Counted from the stretch's first letter, positions 1 to 9,712 are shown. The stretch is 47,531 nt of DNA from Streptosporangiaceae bacterium (GCA_035640715.1 DASQVO010000066.1:1-47531); one strand, 5' to 3'. A program made the numbers and translations. Notes: generated by a model not told the origin, from the sequence alone.

Positions 1-216
1 GAGCCGCCGGGAGCCGTGTCCGTTGTCGGCGACTTCAACAACTGGGATCCGTTCGCGCATCCGCTGCGGAAACGCTCGAACGGCACCCGCAGCACCGTGG
101 TGACGGTCTTGCCAGGCAGCACGCTGCACTTCCGCTACCTCGCCGAGGGCGGCATGTGGTTCGACGACGAGTCGGTCCCCGCCATGGATGGCCAGGGAGC
201 CACCATCTCGGTATAA
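1..216 (+). CDS. C-terminal part of an E-set/CBM48-like (glycogen-binding, isoamylase early-set type) domain protein; the 5' end lies outside the window
   Basis: The frame is open from base 1. VVGDFNNWDP...LHFRYLAEGGMWFDDES matches the CBM48/AMPK-beta type signature. Stop TAA at 214-216. Confidence 0.6.
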   Translation, partial: EPPGAVSVVGDFNNWDPFAHPLRKRSNGTRSTVVTVLPGSTLHFRYLAEGGMWFDDESVPAMDGQGATISV

Positions 217-302
217 ATGCCGGTTATGCGACCTGGGTGGCCAGGTGGCGCACCTGGCACTGATCCGTCTCGCCTGTCCGCCCGCCACTCGGTTGTCCCG
301 GT

Positions 303-887
303 TTACTCCAGTTCGGTGAGTGAACGTGGATCGAAGCTGATCGCGAACGGCTGGCTGACGGTCAGTGCCTGTCCCGCCCGTATCTCGGTGTCCAGGACGT
401 ACTCGCCGGCGTGCAGCGCGAGGATGGTGACTTTCGGCTTGGGCTCGAGATCCACGATCCAGTACAGCGGGATCCCTGCCTTGGCGTATTCGCCCACCTT
501 CCGCACGCGGTCTACTTGCTCGCTGCTGCTCCGCGGGGAAATCACTTCGGCGACGAGAAGCAGGTCGGCTGCGTAGTAGGTGCGCGCCTTCCCGTCGATG
601 GCCGCGCGTGCCACGTCGCGAGGCACGACGAACACGTCAGGCTTGCGTACGCCTGCTGGCGTGCTGACGTCGTTCGGCCCGCCAGCGACGTATACCTCAG
701 CTCCGGCTAGCCGTGCCGCATCCTTGAGAATGGCCTTGAGACGGTCGGCGGCATGATCGTGCCAGGGGCTGGGGGACAACTCGGTCAACCACCCATCGGC
801 AAGTTCGTAGCGCTTGCCGTCTTCGGGCAGCGCGTCAAGATCATAAAGGGTGTAAGGACCATATTCGTGCACCGCCGGGACGTTCAC
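303..887 (-). CDS. Uma2 (DUF820) family PD-(D/E)xK putative endonuclease
   Basis: PDVFVVP...LLVAEVISPRSS...D..K..EYAKAGIPLYWIVD layout is typical of Uma2. I chose GTG at 887, preceded by GGAGGCAGG, over the longer ORF start at 941. Confidence 0.8.
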   Translation of the reverse strand: MNVPAVHEYGPYTLYDLDALPEDGKRYELADGWLTELSPSPWHDHAADRLKAILKDAARLAGAEVYVAGGPNDVSTPAGVRKPDVFVVPRDVARAAIDGKARTYYAADLLLVAEVISPRSSSEQVDRVRKVGEYAKAGIPLYWIVDLEPKPKVTILALHAGEYVLDTEIRAGQALTVSQPFAISFDPRSLTELE

Positions 888-1399
888 AGGTCCTGCCTCC
901 CTCCAGCGAAAGCATCGAACGGTGCGCCGCCAGCGGGGCACACCGACCGTGAGATTAAGCGTAGCGGCAGGCGGCTATCCCGGGCCTGAGGCGCGAGATG
1001 CTGCACGGCACGGGCGGTGCCTTCAGCATCAAGGGCTCGCGTTCCGTACGCATCACCACGCCGCATATCCCGCTGCCGGCCGCGGATAGCCTCGAGGATC
1101 ACGTGCTGCCGTCGATGGCACGGATCGTGGCGACGGTGCGCGAAGCCCTCAAGGAAAGCTGAGCCGCTAGGGAGCAGAAGTGGCGCCGCAGGCGCCGGGC
1201 CGGACGCCGCATAGTGTTAGCTAGCGCGCCTCCGGCATGACGCACCGCCAGGGCCGTTGCGGTGTCCCGGCGCCGGGGACCAGCCTCCCGCGCTGCTTGC
1301 TGGCGTGTCTCCGTGCGTCATGCCGGGGGCATGCCAAAAGGCACTGTCAAGTGAAGCGCCCGCGAGGGAGGCAGTAAACAGAGGAGGCAGAACAAACGA

Positions 1400-2863
1400 A
1401 TGAGCGGCAACTTGGCGTCCCTGACCGGCATTGACGTGCCCACTAGCCTGCTGATCGGCGGCGAGTGGACCGGCGGCCGCGGCGGTGGCAGCCTTCCGGT
1501 GATCGACCCGGCCACGGAGGATGCGCTGACTGAGGTCGCCGACGCCACGGAGGACGACGCGCTGGAAGCGGTCGGCGCCGCGTACGAGGCGCTGCCCGGC
1601 TGGGCGGCCACGCCGCCACGGCAGCGCGCCGAGTGCCTGCGCCGCACGTTCGAGCTGATGACCGAGCGGGCTGAGCCGCTCGCCCGGCTCATGTCGGCCG
1701 AGAACGGCAAGGCGCTGCGCGACGCACGCGCCGAGGCGGCATACGCCGCCGAGTTCTTCCGCTGGTACGCGGAGGAAGCCGTGCGCATCGACGGCGGCCT
1801 GACGACCGCGCCGGCAGGCGCCAACCGGATACTGGTCACGCGGCAGCCGATTGGCGTCTCGGTCCTGGTCACGCCCTGGAACTTCCCCGCCGCGATGGCC
1901 ACGCGCAAGATCGGGCCGGCGCTGGCGGCAGGCTGCACGGTGGTGCTCAAGCCGGCCGAGGACACGCCGCTCACCGCGCTGGCCATCGCCCGGCTGATGA
2001 CGGAGGCGGGCGTGCCGCGCGGCGTCGTCAACATCGTGCAGACATCCAGCCCAGGGCCGGTGGTCGCCGCGATGCTCCGCGACCCGCGGGTCAGGAAGCT
2101 GTCCTTCACCGGCTCCACTGAGGTCGGCCGGATCCTGCTGCGCCAGGCCGCCGACACGGTGATCAGCTGCTCCATGGAGCTGGGGGGTAACGCGCCGTTC
2201 ATCGTCTTCGACGACGCCGATCTCGACGCCGCCATCGAGGGCGCACTCACCGCCAAGATGCGCAACGGCGGCGAGGCGTGCACCGCGGCCAACCGGTTCT
2301 ACGTCCACGAGGCCGTCGCGGACGAGTTCACCAGCCGGCTCGCCGACCGGCTCGGCAAGCTCAACGTCGGCCCTGGCCTGGAGGAGTCCACCGACGTCGG
2401 CCCCCTGGTCAACGAGAACACGAGGAGCAAGGTCGCCGGGCTGGTGGACAGCGTGGCATCTGACGGCGGCCGGGTCGTCCTCGGCGGCCGGTCACCGGAC
2501 CGGCGCGGCTACTTCTACGAGCCCACGGTCATCGACCAGGTCCCGGCCGGGGCCGCGATCACCCGCACCGAGATCTTCGGCCCGGTCGCGCCAGTCATCC
2601 GCTTCTCCGACGAGACCGAGGTGATCCGCTGGGCGAACGACACCGAATACGGTCTCGTCTGCTACGTTTACACCCGCGACCTGCGGCGCGGCCTGCGGGT
2701 GTCGGAAGCGCTGGAGACCGGCATGGTGGGCCTGAACCGCGGCCTGGTCTCTGACCCTGCCGCGCCCTTCGGCGGAGTTAAGCAGTCGGGCCTCGGCAGG
2801 GAGGGCGGCCACGACGGCCTGCTCGAGTTCATGGAGACCAGGTACATCGCCGCGGAGTGGTGA
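1400..2863 (+). CDS. gabD: NAD(P)+-dependent succinate-semialdehyde / aldehyde dehydrogenase
   Basis: 487 aa. ALDH motifs are present: VTPWNFP, catalytic Glu in MELGGNAP, catalytic Cys in GGEACTAANR. GAGGAGG RBS at about 1381. Confidence 0.9.
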   Translation: MSGNLASLTGIDVPTSLLIGGEWTGGRGGGSLPVIDPATEDALTEVADATEDDALEAVGAAYEALPGWAATPPRQRAECLRRTFELMTERAEPLARLMSAENGKALRDARAEAAYAAEFFRWYAEEAVRIDGGLTTAPAGANRILVTRQPIGVSVLVTPWNFPAAMATRKIGPALAAGCTVVLKPAEDTPLTALAIARLMTEAGVPRGVVNIVQTSSPGPVVAAMLRDPRVRKLSFTGSTEVGRILLRQAADTVISCSMELGGNAPFIVFDDADLDAAIEGALTAKMRNGGEACTAANRFYVHEAVADEFTSRLADRLGKLNVGPGLEESTDVGPLVNENTRSKVAGLVDSVASDGGRVVLGGRSPDRRGYFYEPTVIDQVPAGAAITRTEIFGPVAPVIRFSDETEVIRWANDTEYGLVCYVYTRDLRRGLRVSEALETGMVGLNRGLVSDPAAPFGGVKQSGLGREGGHDGLLEFMETRYIAAEW

Positions 2864-3033
2864 GGCGGCCCGCGGTTACTGACCCACCCGCCTGTCGATC
2901 CGCTCGCGCATCATGGGCGGTCCGGGTCCGGACCAGGCCCGCAATGGTTTTCGCTGCGGATGCGGTGCCCAGGGCGGAGATCCGGGGCGCGTGACGGGTG
3001 CCAGAACCAGCCCTGGGCACGTAGCCTGGCCCT

Positions 3034-4392
3034 GTGGACCGGCGCATCTTCGGACTCGAGAACGAATACGGCGTGACATGCACGTTCCGCGGGCAGCGGC
3101 GGCTGTCACCAGATGAGGTGGCGCGCTACCTCTTCCGGCGCGTGGTGTCATGGGGCCGCAGCAGCAACGTGTTCCTGCGGAACGGCGCACGTCTCTACCT
3201 CGACGTGGGCAGCCACCCGGAATACGCGACGCCCGAGTGCGACAACGTGACAGACCTTATCGCGCACGACAAGGCCGGCGAGCGGATCCTCGAGGGGCTG
3301 CTCGTCGACGCCGACAAGCGGCTGCGAGAGGAGGGCATCGCCGGTGATATCTACCTGTTCAAGAACAACACCGACTCGGCCGGCAACTCCTACGGCTGCC
3401 ATGAGAACTACCTGGTCGGGCGGCACGGCGAATTCGGCCGGCTCGCGGACATCCTGATCCCGTTCCTGGTCACCAGGCAGGTCATCTGCGGCGCCGGCAA
3501 GGTGCTGCAGACGCCGCGCGGCGCCGTCTACTGCGTCAGCCAGCGGGCCGAGCACATCTGGGAGGGCGTGTCGTCGGCGACGACCCGGTCGCGCCCGATC
3601 ATCAACACCCGCGACGAGCCGCACGCGGATGCCGAGCGGTTCCGCCGGCTGCACGTGATCGTCGGTGACTCGAACATGAGCGAGACCACCATGCTGCTCA
3701 AGGTTGGCTCGACCGACCTGGTGCTGCGCATGATCGAGGCCGGCACGATGATGCGTGACCTTACGCTGGACAACCCGATCAGGGCGATCCGCGAGGTCAG
3801 CCACGACATGACCGGCCGGAGCAGGGTACGCCTGGCCAACGGCCGCGAAATGAGTGCGCTGGAGATCCAGCGCGAGTACCTGTCCAAGGCGCAGGACTTC
3901 ACCGACAGGAACGGCGCGGACGCGACCACGCGCCGGGTGCTCGCGATGTGGGACCGTGCGCTCGATGCCATCGAGACGGGAAAGCTCGACCTGGTGGCCA
4001 GGGAAATCGACTGGGTGACCAAGTACCAGCTGATCGAGCGGTACCGGGCCAAGCACGACCTCCCGCTGTCCTCGCCGCGGGTGGCCCAGCTCGACCTGGC
4101 CTATCACGACGTGCATCGCGGCCGGGGCCTGTACTACCTGCTGCAGCGCAAAGGGGCGGTGGACCGGGCCGTCCGTGACCTCGACATCTTCGAGGCGAAG
4201 TCGGTCCCGCCGCAGACGACGCGGGCGAGGCTCCGCGGCGAGTTCATCCGCCGCGCGCAGGAGAAGCGGCGCGATTTCACGGTGGACTGGGTGCACCTGA
4301 AGCTCAACGACCAGGCCCAGCGGACCGTGCTGTGCAAGGACCCATTCCGTTCCGTGGACGAAAGGGTCGAGAAGCTCATCGCCGGAATGTGA
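3034..4392 (+). CDS. pafA: Pup--protein ligase PafA
   Basis: GTG start. N-terminus [16 protein letters not shown]...[47 protein letters not shown] is near-identical to mycobacterial PafA. At 452 aa it is PafA length, not the longer Dop. pafBC lies downstream. Confidence 0.95.
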   Translation: MDRRIFGLENEYGVTCTFRGQRRLSPDEVARYLFRRVVSWGRSSNVFLRNGARLYLDVGSHPEYATPECDNVTDLIAHDKAGERILEGLLVDADKRLREEGIAGDIYLFKNNTDSAGNSYGCHENYLVGRHGEFGRLADILIPFLVTRQVICGAGKVLQTPRGAVYCVSQRAEHIWEGVSSATTRSRPIINTRDEPHADAERFRRLHVIVGDSNMSETTMLLKVGSTDLVLRMIEAGTMMRDLTLDNPIRAIREVSHDMTGRSRVRLANGREMSALEIQREYLSKAQDFTDRNGADATTRRVLAMWDRALDAIETGKLDLVAREIDWVTKYQLIERYRAKHDLPLSSPRVAQLDLAYHDVHRGRGLYYLLQRKGAVDRAVRDLDIFEAKSVPPQTTRARLRGEFIRRAQEKRRDFTVDWVHLKLNDQAQRTVLCKDPFRSVDERVEKLIAGM

Positions 4393-4688
4393 TCCTGCCA
4401 GGCGCAATCCCCGCATCCGGGGACGCAGTGCCCCGCCGGACGGCACCGCGCGGCGCGGCTGCCGCCGGGCTGCCCGGCATGTATAGTTATGCGCCGAACC
4501 GTGGCAGGAAATCCCTGAAGTGCCACCGGACACTCTGGACAGATCACCGTCAGCGAGTCGTGCTGGAAGGGAACTCCCACGTCCGGGGAGCTTGCCACGG
4601 GCTCGTCTTCTACCTGTAGCCTGCCTTCACATAAGGCGTGGCATACCCGAGAGTCGGCCAGCTTCCATATGGCGGAAGGAAACGTGCG

Positions 4689-5903
4689 GTGACCGGACCG
4701 GCGCCGAAAGGCAATTTCGAGCTTGACGCTGTCGTCATCGGCGGGTGCGGGCATGTCGGCCTGCCCCTTGCGATCGCACTTGCCGCCCGCGGTGCGCGGG
4801 TCGGCATCTATGACGTGAGCGAGACCGCGGTCGAGACGGTCAATGCCGGCCGGCTGCCGTTCGCCGAGCCCGGCGCCGCGGAGCCGCTGCGCGCTGCCCG
4901 CGCCGCGGGCCAGCTGGAAGCATCGGCCGATCCCGCCATCGTGGCCAGCGCCGAGCACGTGATCGTGGTGATCGGCACGCCGGTGGATGAGCACCTCAAC
5001 CCCGACCAGGTAGCCATACCCAACGCACTCGGCAGCTGTTCCAGATACCTGCACGACGGGCAGATCCTCATCCTGCGCAGCACCGTGTACCCCGGGGTGA
5101 CGGCGCTGGTGGAGAAGATGGTCGCCGGGCTGGGCGTCGACATCGACGTGGCGTTCTGCCCCGAGCGGATCGCCGAGGGCAAGGCCATGACGGAGCTGTT
5201 CGAGCTCCCGCAGATCGTCTCGGCCCGCACGGCCCGCGGCGCGGAGCGGGCGAGCCGGCTGTTCAGCCGGCTCACCGACAAGCTCGTGATGATGTCCCCG
5301 GAGGAAGCCGAGCTTGCCAAGCTCTTCACCAACGTATGGCGCTACATCAAGTTCGCGACCGCCAACCAGCTCTACATGATGGCCAACGACCGCGGCCTCG
5401 ACTTCGAACGCATCCGGCAGGGGCTGGCGCAGGATTACCCGAGGGCCGCCGACATGCCGGCCGCCGGGTTTGCAGCCGGGCCGTGCCTGTTTAAGGACAC
5501 GATGCAGCTCGCTGCCTTCAACAACAACAACTTCGCTCTCGGGCACACCGCGATGACGATCAACGAGGGCATGCCGCTCTACCTTGTCCACCGCCTCGAG
5601 CAGAACTTCGACCTTGCGTCCATGACGGTCGGGATCTGTGGCATGGCGTTCAAGGGCGGCTCGGACGACATCCGGTCGAGCCTGTCGTACAAGCTCAAGC
5701 GGATCCTGACCTTCAAGGCCGACACGGTGCTGTGCACCGACCCGTACGTGACCGTCGACCCGGACCTGCTCCCGCTGGAGAAGGTCATGGCCCGGTCGGA
5801 CCTGCTGGTGATCGCCGCGCCGCATCCGGAGTACCGGGAGCTGGCGACGGACAAGCCGGTGGCCGACATCTGGAACATCACCGGGAAGGGCGTGCGGGTA
5901 TGA
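4689..5903 (+). CDS. Nucleotide-sugar dehydrogenase (UDP-glucose/GDP-mannose dehydrogenase family)
   Basis: Rossmann motif VIGGCGHVGLPLA, catalytic Cys in AAGPCLFKD, C-terminal UDP-binding-like domain. GTG at 4689 sits 8 nt after GGAAGGA; the longest ORF begins at 4638. Confidence 0.85.
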   Translation: MTGPAPKGNFELDAVVIGGCGHVGLPLAIALAARGARVGIYDVSETAVETVNAGRLPFAEPGAAEPLRAARAAGQLEASADPAIVASAEHVIVVIGTPVDEHLNPDQVAIPNALGSCSRYLHDGQILILRSTVYPGVTALVEKMVAGLGVDIDVAFCPERIAEGKAMTELFELPQIVSARTARGAERASRLFSRLTDKLVMMSPEEAELAKLFTNVWRYIKFATANQLYMMANDRGLDFERIRQGLAQDYPRAADMPAAGFAAGPCLFKDTMQLAAFNNNNFALGHTAMTINEGMPLYLVHRLEQNFDLASMTVGICGMAFKGGSDDIRSSLSYKLKRILTFKADTVLCTDPYVTVDPDLLPLEKVMARSDLLVIAAPHPEYRELATDKPVADIWNITGKGVRV

Positions 5904-6664
5904 CCGGCGACGACCCGCGCGTGTCGGTCGTCATGCCCGCCTACAACGAGGGCGGGCAGATCGTTCCGATACTTGACCGGCTCTTCGAGTCGGTACGCCT
6001 GTCCTGCGAGGTCCTCGTCATCGTCGATACCGACACCGACACGACGATCCCCGTCATCGAACAGTACGCGAAGAAGGAACCGCGGCTCCGCTGCCTGATT
6101 AACACCTACGGCCGCGGGCCGGCCAACGCGATCAGGTTCGGCATCGACGCCGCCGCGGCGCCGGTCGCCGTCGTGACGATGGCGGACGGCTGCGATGACG
6201 CGCGGCAGATCGACGAGCTCGCGCGGCTCGTGGAACGCGGCGTCGCCGTCGCCGCGGCCTCCCGCTACATGGCCGGCGGCCAGCAGGTCGGCGGTCCCGT
6301 CCTGAAGGGCACGCTGTCCCGGATGGCCGGCCGCTCGCTGCGGGTACTGGCGCACGTCGGCACCAGGGACGCGACCAACTCGTTCAAGGCGTACTCAACG
6401 GAGTTCGTCCGGGAAGTCGGCATCGACTCCCGCGACGGCTTCGAGATAGGCATCGAGCTCACGGCCAAGGCCAAGCGCCTCGGCCGCCCTGTCGCCGAGA
6501 TTCCCACTATCTGGCTGGACCGGCAGGCAGGCGTCTCCAACTTCCGGGTTGCGAAGTGGATTCCCAGCTACCTGCGCTGGTACCGGTTCGCGTTCGGCTC
6601 CCGCCTGACCGCTGAGCAGATACGCGTTCGCGCGTCCCAGGAGCGTCATTCGTCAGCCGGCTAG
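5900..6664 (+). CDS. GT2 glycosyltransferase, polyprenyl/dolichyl-phosphate sugar synthase-like (DPM1/ArnC-like)
   Basis: VSVVMPAYNEG start of a GT-A fold; acidic motifs IVDTDTD and MADGCDD; FKAY...GFEIGIEL tail as in Ppm1/DPM1-type enzymes. The ATG overlaps the upstream stop (ATGA at 5900-5903). Confidence 0.8.
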   Translation: MTGDDPRVSVVMPAYNEGGQIVPILDRLFESVRLSCEVLVIVDTDTDTTIPVIEQYAKKEPRLRCLINTYGRGPANAIRFGIDAAAAPVAVVTMADGCDDARQIDELARLVERGVAVAAASRYMAGGQQVGGPVLKGTLSRMAGRSLRVLAHVGTRDATNSFKAYSTEFVREVGIDSRDGFEIGIELTAKAKRLGRPVAEIPTIWLDRQAGVSNFRVAKWIPSYLRWYRFAFGSRLTAEQIRVRASQERHSSAG

Positions 6665-6671
6665 CGAATAC

Positions 6672-6748
6672 GGGCTTTCTGGGCCCATGTGAGCGGCCAG
6701 TGCGGGCTGCGACGACAGCCTACCCGGGCCGCCTGAATGGCGCGAAAA
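6672..6748 (+). repeat. About 75-nt hairpin-forming repeat, copy 1 (partner at 18801-18875)
   Basis: CCCATGTGAGCGGCC[A/G]GTGCGGGC...CAGCC...GGGC[C/T]GCCTGAATG[G/A]CGCGAA is shared by both copies. The outer stem is GCGGCC/GGCCGC here. Confidence 0.55.
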
Positions 6749-6800
6749 CTTCCGGGCAGGCACCGCAAGACGCCGGACATAAGGAAAGAATGAAAGGGAG

Positions 6801-7829
6801 ATGATGGAGAAAGTTCTCGTCAGTGGCTCGGCGGGCTTCATCGGCGGTTATGTCGTCGAGGAACTGCTCCGGCGAGGCTACGCGGTCGTGGGTGTGGACA
6901 ACTTCTCCAAGTACGGGAAGGTGAAGAAGTCCTACGACGATCATCCGCACTACCAGATCGTTGAAGGCGACGCGCGCGATGTCGGCCTGATGACGAGCCT
7001 GCTCGCTGACTGTGATCACTTCATCGCCGGCGCGGCCATGATCGGCGGCATCTCCTACTTCCATACCTACGCCTACGACCTGCTGGCGACCAATGAGCGG
7101 ATTATCGCCGCCTCCTGCGACGCGGCGATCAAGGCCCACCAGGAGGGCCGCCTGCGCAAGGTCACCTACCTGTCGTCGTCCATGGTCTTCGAGAGCGCGA
7201 ACGAGTGGCCGTCGTATGAGGGCCAAGAGCGGGAGGTCCCGCCGCCGCTGTCGTCCTACGGGTTCCAGAAGCTGGCTGTCGAGTACTTCGCGCACGCCGC
7301 GTGGGACCAGTACCAGCTGCCGTACACGATCGCGCGGCCGTTCAACTGCGTAGGGATCGGCGAGAGCCGGGCGCTGGGCGACGAGGAGATCCTGTCCGGC
7401 AACGTCCGGCTGGCCATGAGCCACGTCGTTCCCGACCTGGTGCAGAAGGTGCTCAAGGGCCAGGACCCGCTGCACATCCTCGGCTCGGGTGAGCAGGTCC
7501 GGCACTACACCTACGGCGGCGACCTCGCCACGGGCGTGGTGACCGCGATGGAGCACCCCGACGCCCGCAACGAGGACTTCAACCTGTCCACGGCGGAGAG
7601 CACCACCGTGCTCCAGCTGGCCGAGGTCATCTGGCGCAAGATCAAGGGCGACGGGGTGCCACTGCGGATCATCAACGACGAGCCGTTCACTTACGACGTG
7701 CAGCGGCGCATCCCAGCCGTCGACAAGGCCAAGCGGATACTCGGCTTCGAGGCGACGACGACGCTGGACCAGATGCTGGACGAGGTCATCCCGTGGATCC
7801 GCAACGCCGTCGAGGCCGGCACGATCTGA
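6801..7829 (+). CDS. NAD-dependent epimerase/dehydratase (extended SDR)
   Basis: GSAGFIGG glycine motif; catalytic S...YGFQK (YxxxK). 342 aa. Confidence 0.9.
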   Translation: MMEKVLVSGSAGFIGGYVVEELLRRGYAVVGVDNFSKYGKVKKSYDDHPHYQIVEGDARDVGLMTSLLADCDHFIAGAAMIGGISYFHTYAYDLLATNERIIAASCDAAIKAHQEGRLRKVTYLSSSMVFESANEWPSYEGQEREVPPPLSSYGFQKLAVEYFAHAAWDQYQLPYTIARPFNCVGIGESRALGDEEILSGNVRLAMSHVVPDLVQKVLKGQDPLHILGSGEQVRHYTYGGDLATGVVTAMEHPDARNEDFNLSTAESTTVLQLAEVIWRKIKGDGVPLRIINDEPFTYDVQRRIPAVDKAKRILGFEATTTLDQMLDEVIPWIRNAVEAGTI

Positions 7830-7851
7830 GCACATTCAGGACCGGAGACCC

Positions 7852-9597
7852 ATGTCGGCGTCGGACGAAGGGGCGGCAGGCCAGGGAGCCGGGCCAGCGG
7901 GTGGCATAGCGGTCGTCCCGGCGGCGCGACGCCGTGGCGGCGAGCCGCGCCGCCCGGCCGCGCTCGGCAATGCCGCCCGCTGGCTCTGGCCAGCTGCGTT
8001 CGCGCTGGCGGGGATCGTGCTGTTCCTTGTGTACCTGCGGCTCTCGAATACCTACCCGGAGAACTCCGACCAGGCGAACCTCGGGCTGCAGGCCTGGGAC
8101 ATGCTGCACGGCAACCTGCTGCTGCACGGCTGGGTCTTGTCGGACGTGTCGTTCTACACGACCGAGCTGCCGCAGTACATGCTGCTCGAGCTGATCCTCG
8201 GCCTGCACACCGGGACGTTCCACGTGGCCGCGGCGATGACTTACACGCTGGTGGTGCTGCTCGCCGCGCTGCTGGCCAAGGGCAAGGCAACCGGCCGCGA
8301 GGCCGTGGTCCGGACGATGGTGGCCGGCGGGATCATGCTCGCGCCGCAGCTTGGCTTCGGCGTCTTCGTGCTGCTGCTGACTGTGGGGCACATCGGGACG
8401 TCAGTGCCGCTGCTGCTGACCTGGCTCGTGCTGGACCGCTGGCGGTCGCGCTGGTATGTGGCGGCGGTGATCGGGATCCTGCTGGCGTGGGGAGCCGTGG
8501 CGGATTCCCTGGTGCTTGCGGTGGGCGCCGTGCCACTGGCGCTGGTCTGCGGGTTTCGCGTCATCCAGGGGCTCTTCAGCGCGGCCGGCACGGATGGCGG
8601 CCCGTCCGCCAGGCTCAGCCGGGTGCTCCGGTCACGCTGGTACGAGCTGTGCCTGGCCGGGGCTGCCGTGGCAGCGGCCGGGGCCTCCTGGGCGGTGACC
8701 AGGCTGATCCGCGCACTGGGCGGCTACGCCGTGCACCCGGTCACGTTCCAGATCGAACCGGTGCGCCAGTGGGTCGCCAACATCCCGGCCACGTGGCATG
8801 GAGTGCTCCTGCTCTTCGGCGCGGACTACGTCGGCGCCAAGCCCGGCTCCGGGCTTGACTTCGCCCTCCTCCATCTGGTCGGCGTGGCCCTGGTGGGCTG
8901 CGCGCTGCTGCTCGTGGTGCTGCGGTTCTTCACCCGGGTATCACTGACCGACCAGGTGCTGGCCGTCGCCATCGTCATCAACGTGGTTCTGTACCTGATC
9001 AGCAACATGCCCTCGCTGAACCCGCATGAGCTAGCCGTCGTCCTGCCGTGCGGGGCGGCCCTGGCCGGCCGGATGCTCGCCGGCCGGGCACGGGCCAGCG
9101 TGCACACTGGCCCGGTGCGCCGCGGCGTGCCCAGCGGGCCGGTGCGGGCCGCGCTGGGAGGGCTGGGAGGGCTGGTCCTGGCCGGTTACCTGCTGGGCCT
9201 GGCCCATGAGGCCACCCGGCCGCCTGTTCCGGCGGACAAAGCGGATCTCACCTCATGGCTGGCCGCCCATCACCTCACCAGCGGGCTGGGCGGTTACTGG
9301 GAGGGAAGCATCGTTACCGTCGAGAGCGGGGGCAGCGTCAAGGTCCGGGCGCTGATGCAGTTCACTCTCCAGGCCGATATGTGGGAGGCGAAGGGTTCGT
9401 GGTATGACCCCCGCTCGCAGCGGGCCAACTTCGTCGTCTTCGACAGCCTGCCAGGGTTCCGCCGGCACTGGGAGCCCTACTCGCTGGTCCGCAAGTATTT
9501 CGGCGTTCCCGCGCGCACATACCGGTTCGGCCCGTACACGGTGATGGTCTGGGACAAGAACCTGCTGGCGAGCATCCCGGCCGGCTGGCAGATTTAA
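7852..9597 (+). CDS. Polytopic membrane protein, family A paralog 1; putative GT-C-fold glycosyltransferase with a C-terminal soluble domain
   Basis: 581 aa with many hydrophobic spans. The loop after TM1 reads NSDQANLGLQAWDMLHGNLLLHGW. The C-terminal block reads GYWEGSIVTVESGG...WEAKGSWYDPRSQRANFVVFD...RTYRFGPYTVMVWDKNLL. Paralogous to 12884-14584 and 15759-17456. Confidence 0.7.
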   Translation: MSASDEGAAGQGAGPAGGIAVVPAARRRGGEPRRPAALGNAARWLWPAAFALAGIVLFLVYLRLSNTYPENSDQANLGLQAWDMLHGNLLLHGWVLSDVSFYTTELPQYMLLELILGLHTGTFHVAAAMTYTLVVLLAALLAKGKATGREAVVRTMVAGGIMLAPQLGFGVFVLLLTVGHIGTSVPLLLTWLVLDRWRSRWYVAAVIGILLAWGAVADSLVLAVGAVPLALVCGFRVIQGLFSAAGTDGGPSARLSRVLRSRWYELCLAGAAVAAAGASWAVTRLIRALGGYAVHPVTFQIEPVRQWVANIPATWHGVLLLFGADYVGAKPGSGLDFALLHLVGVALVGCALLLVVLRFFTRVSLTDQVLAVAIVINVVLYLISNMPSLNPHELAVVLPCGAALAGRMLAGRARASVHTGPVRRGVPSGPVRAALGGLGGLVLAGYLLGLAHEATRPPVPADKADLTSWLAAHHLTSGLGGYWEGSIVTVESGGSVKVRALMQFTLQADMWEAKGSWYDPRSQRANFVVFDSLPGFRRHWEPYSLVRKYFGVPARTYRFGPYTVMVWDKNLLASIPAGWQI

Positions 9598-9599
9598 TG

Positions 9600-9614
9600 T
9601 ATATGTCACATATA
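9600..9614. promoter_or_regulatory. Perfect 7-1-7 palindrome TATATGT-C-ACATATA in an AT-rich intergenic patch; possible operator or internal promoter
   Basis: Read directly from the sequence. It lies 3 nt after the stop of 7852-9597 and about 100 nt upstream of the GTG of 9713-11263, in the only AT-rich stretch of this part of the block. Confidence 0.35.
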
Positions 9615-9712
9615 AGGAACATTGCTCTTGCCGTCTCCATGGCCAATAACCTCGGCACGGTGAGGCAGCATCGGCGCGCTGAGCTAGCCGCCCCGCGGAG
9701 GAGGAGCGACTA

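Noticed and set aside
1217-2308. Long minus-strand ORFs (363 and 324 aa) opposite gabD
   Set aside because: These are typical high-G+C antisense shadow ORFs. They are Arg/Ala/Pro/Gly-rich with no recognisable domains, and the plus-strand ALDH is unambiguous.
4470-4500. TATAGT hexamer (about 4482-4487) as the promoter of the glyco block
   Set aside because: There is no convincing -35 element at the right spacing, and a single hexamer is not sufficient evidence.
3148-5825. 461-aa and 563-aa minus-strand ORFs opposite pafA and the sugar dehydrogenase
   Set aside because: Shadow ORFs with low-complexity R/G/P/A composition. The sense-strand genes have clear family motifs.
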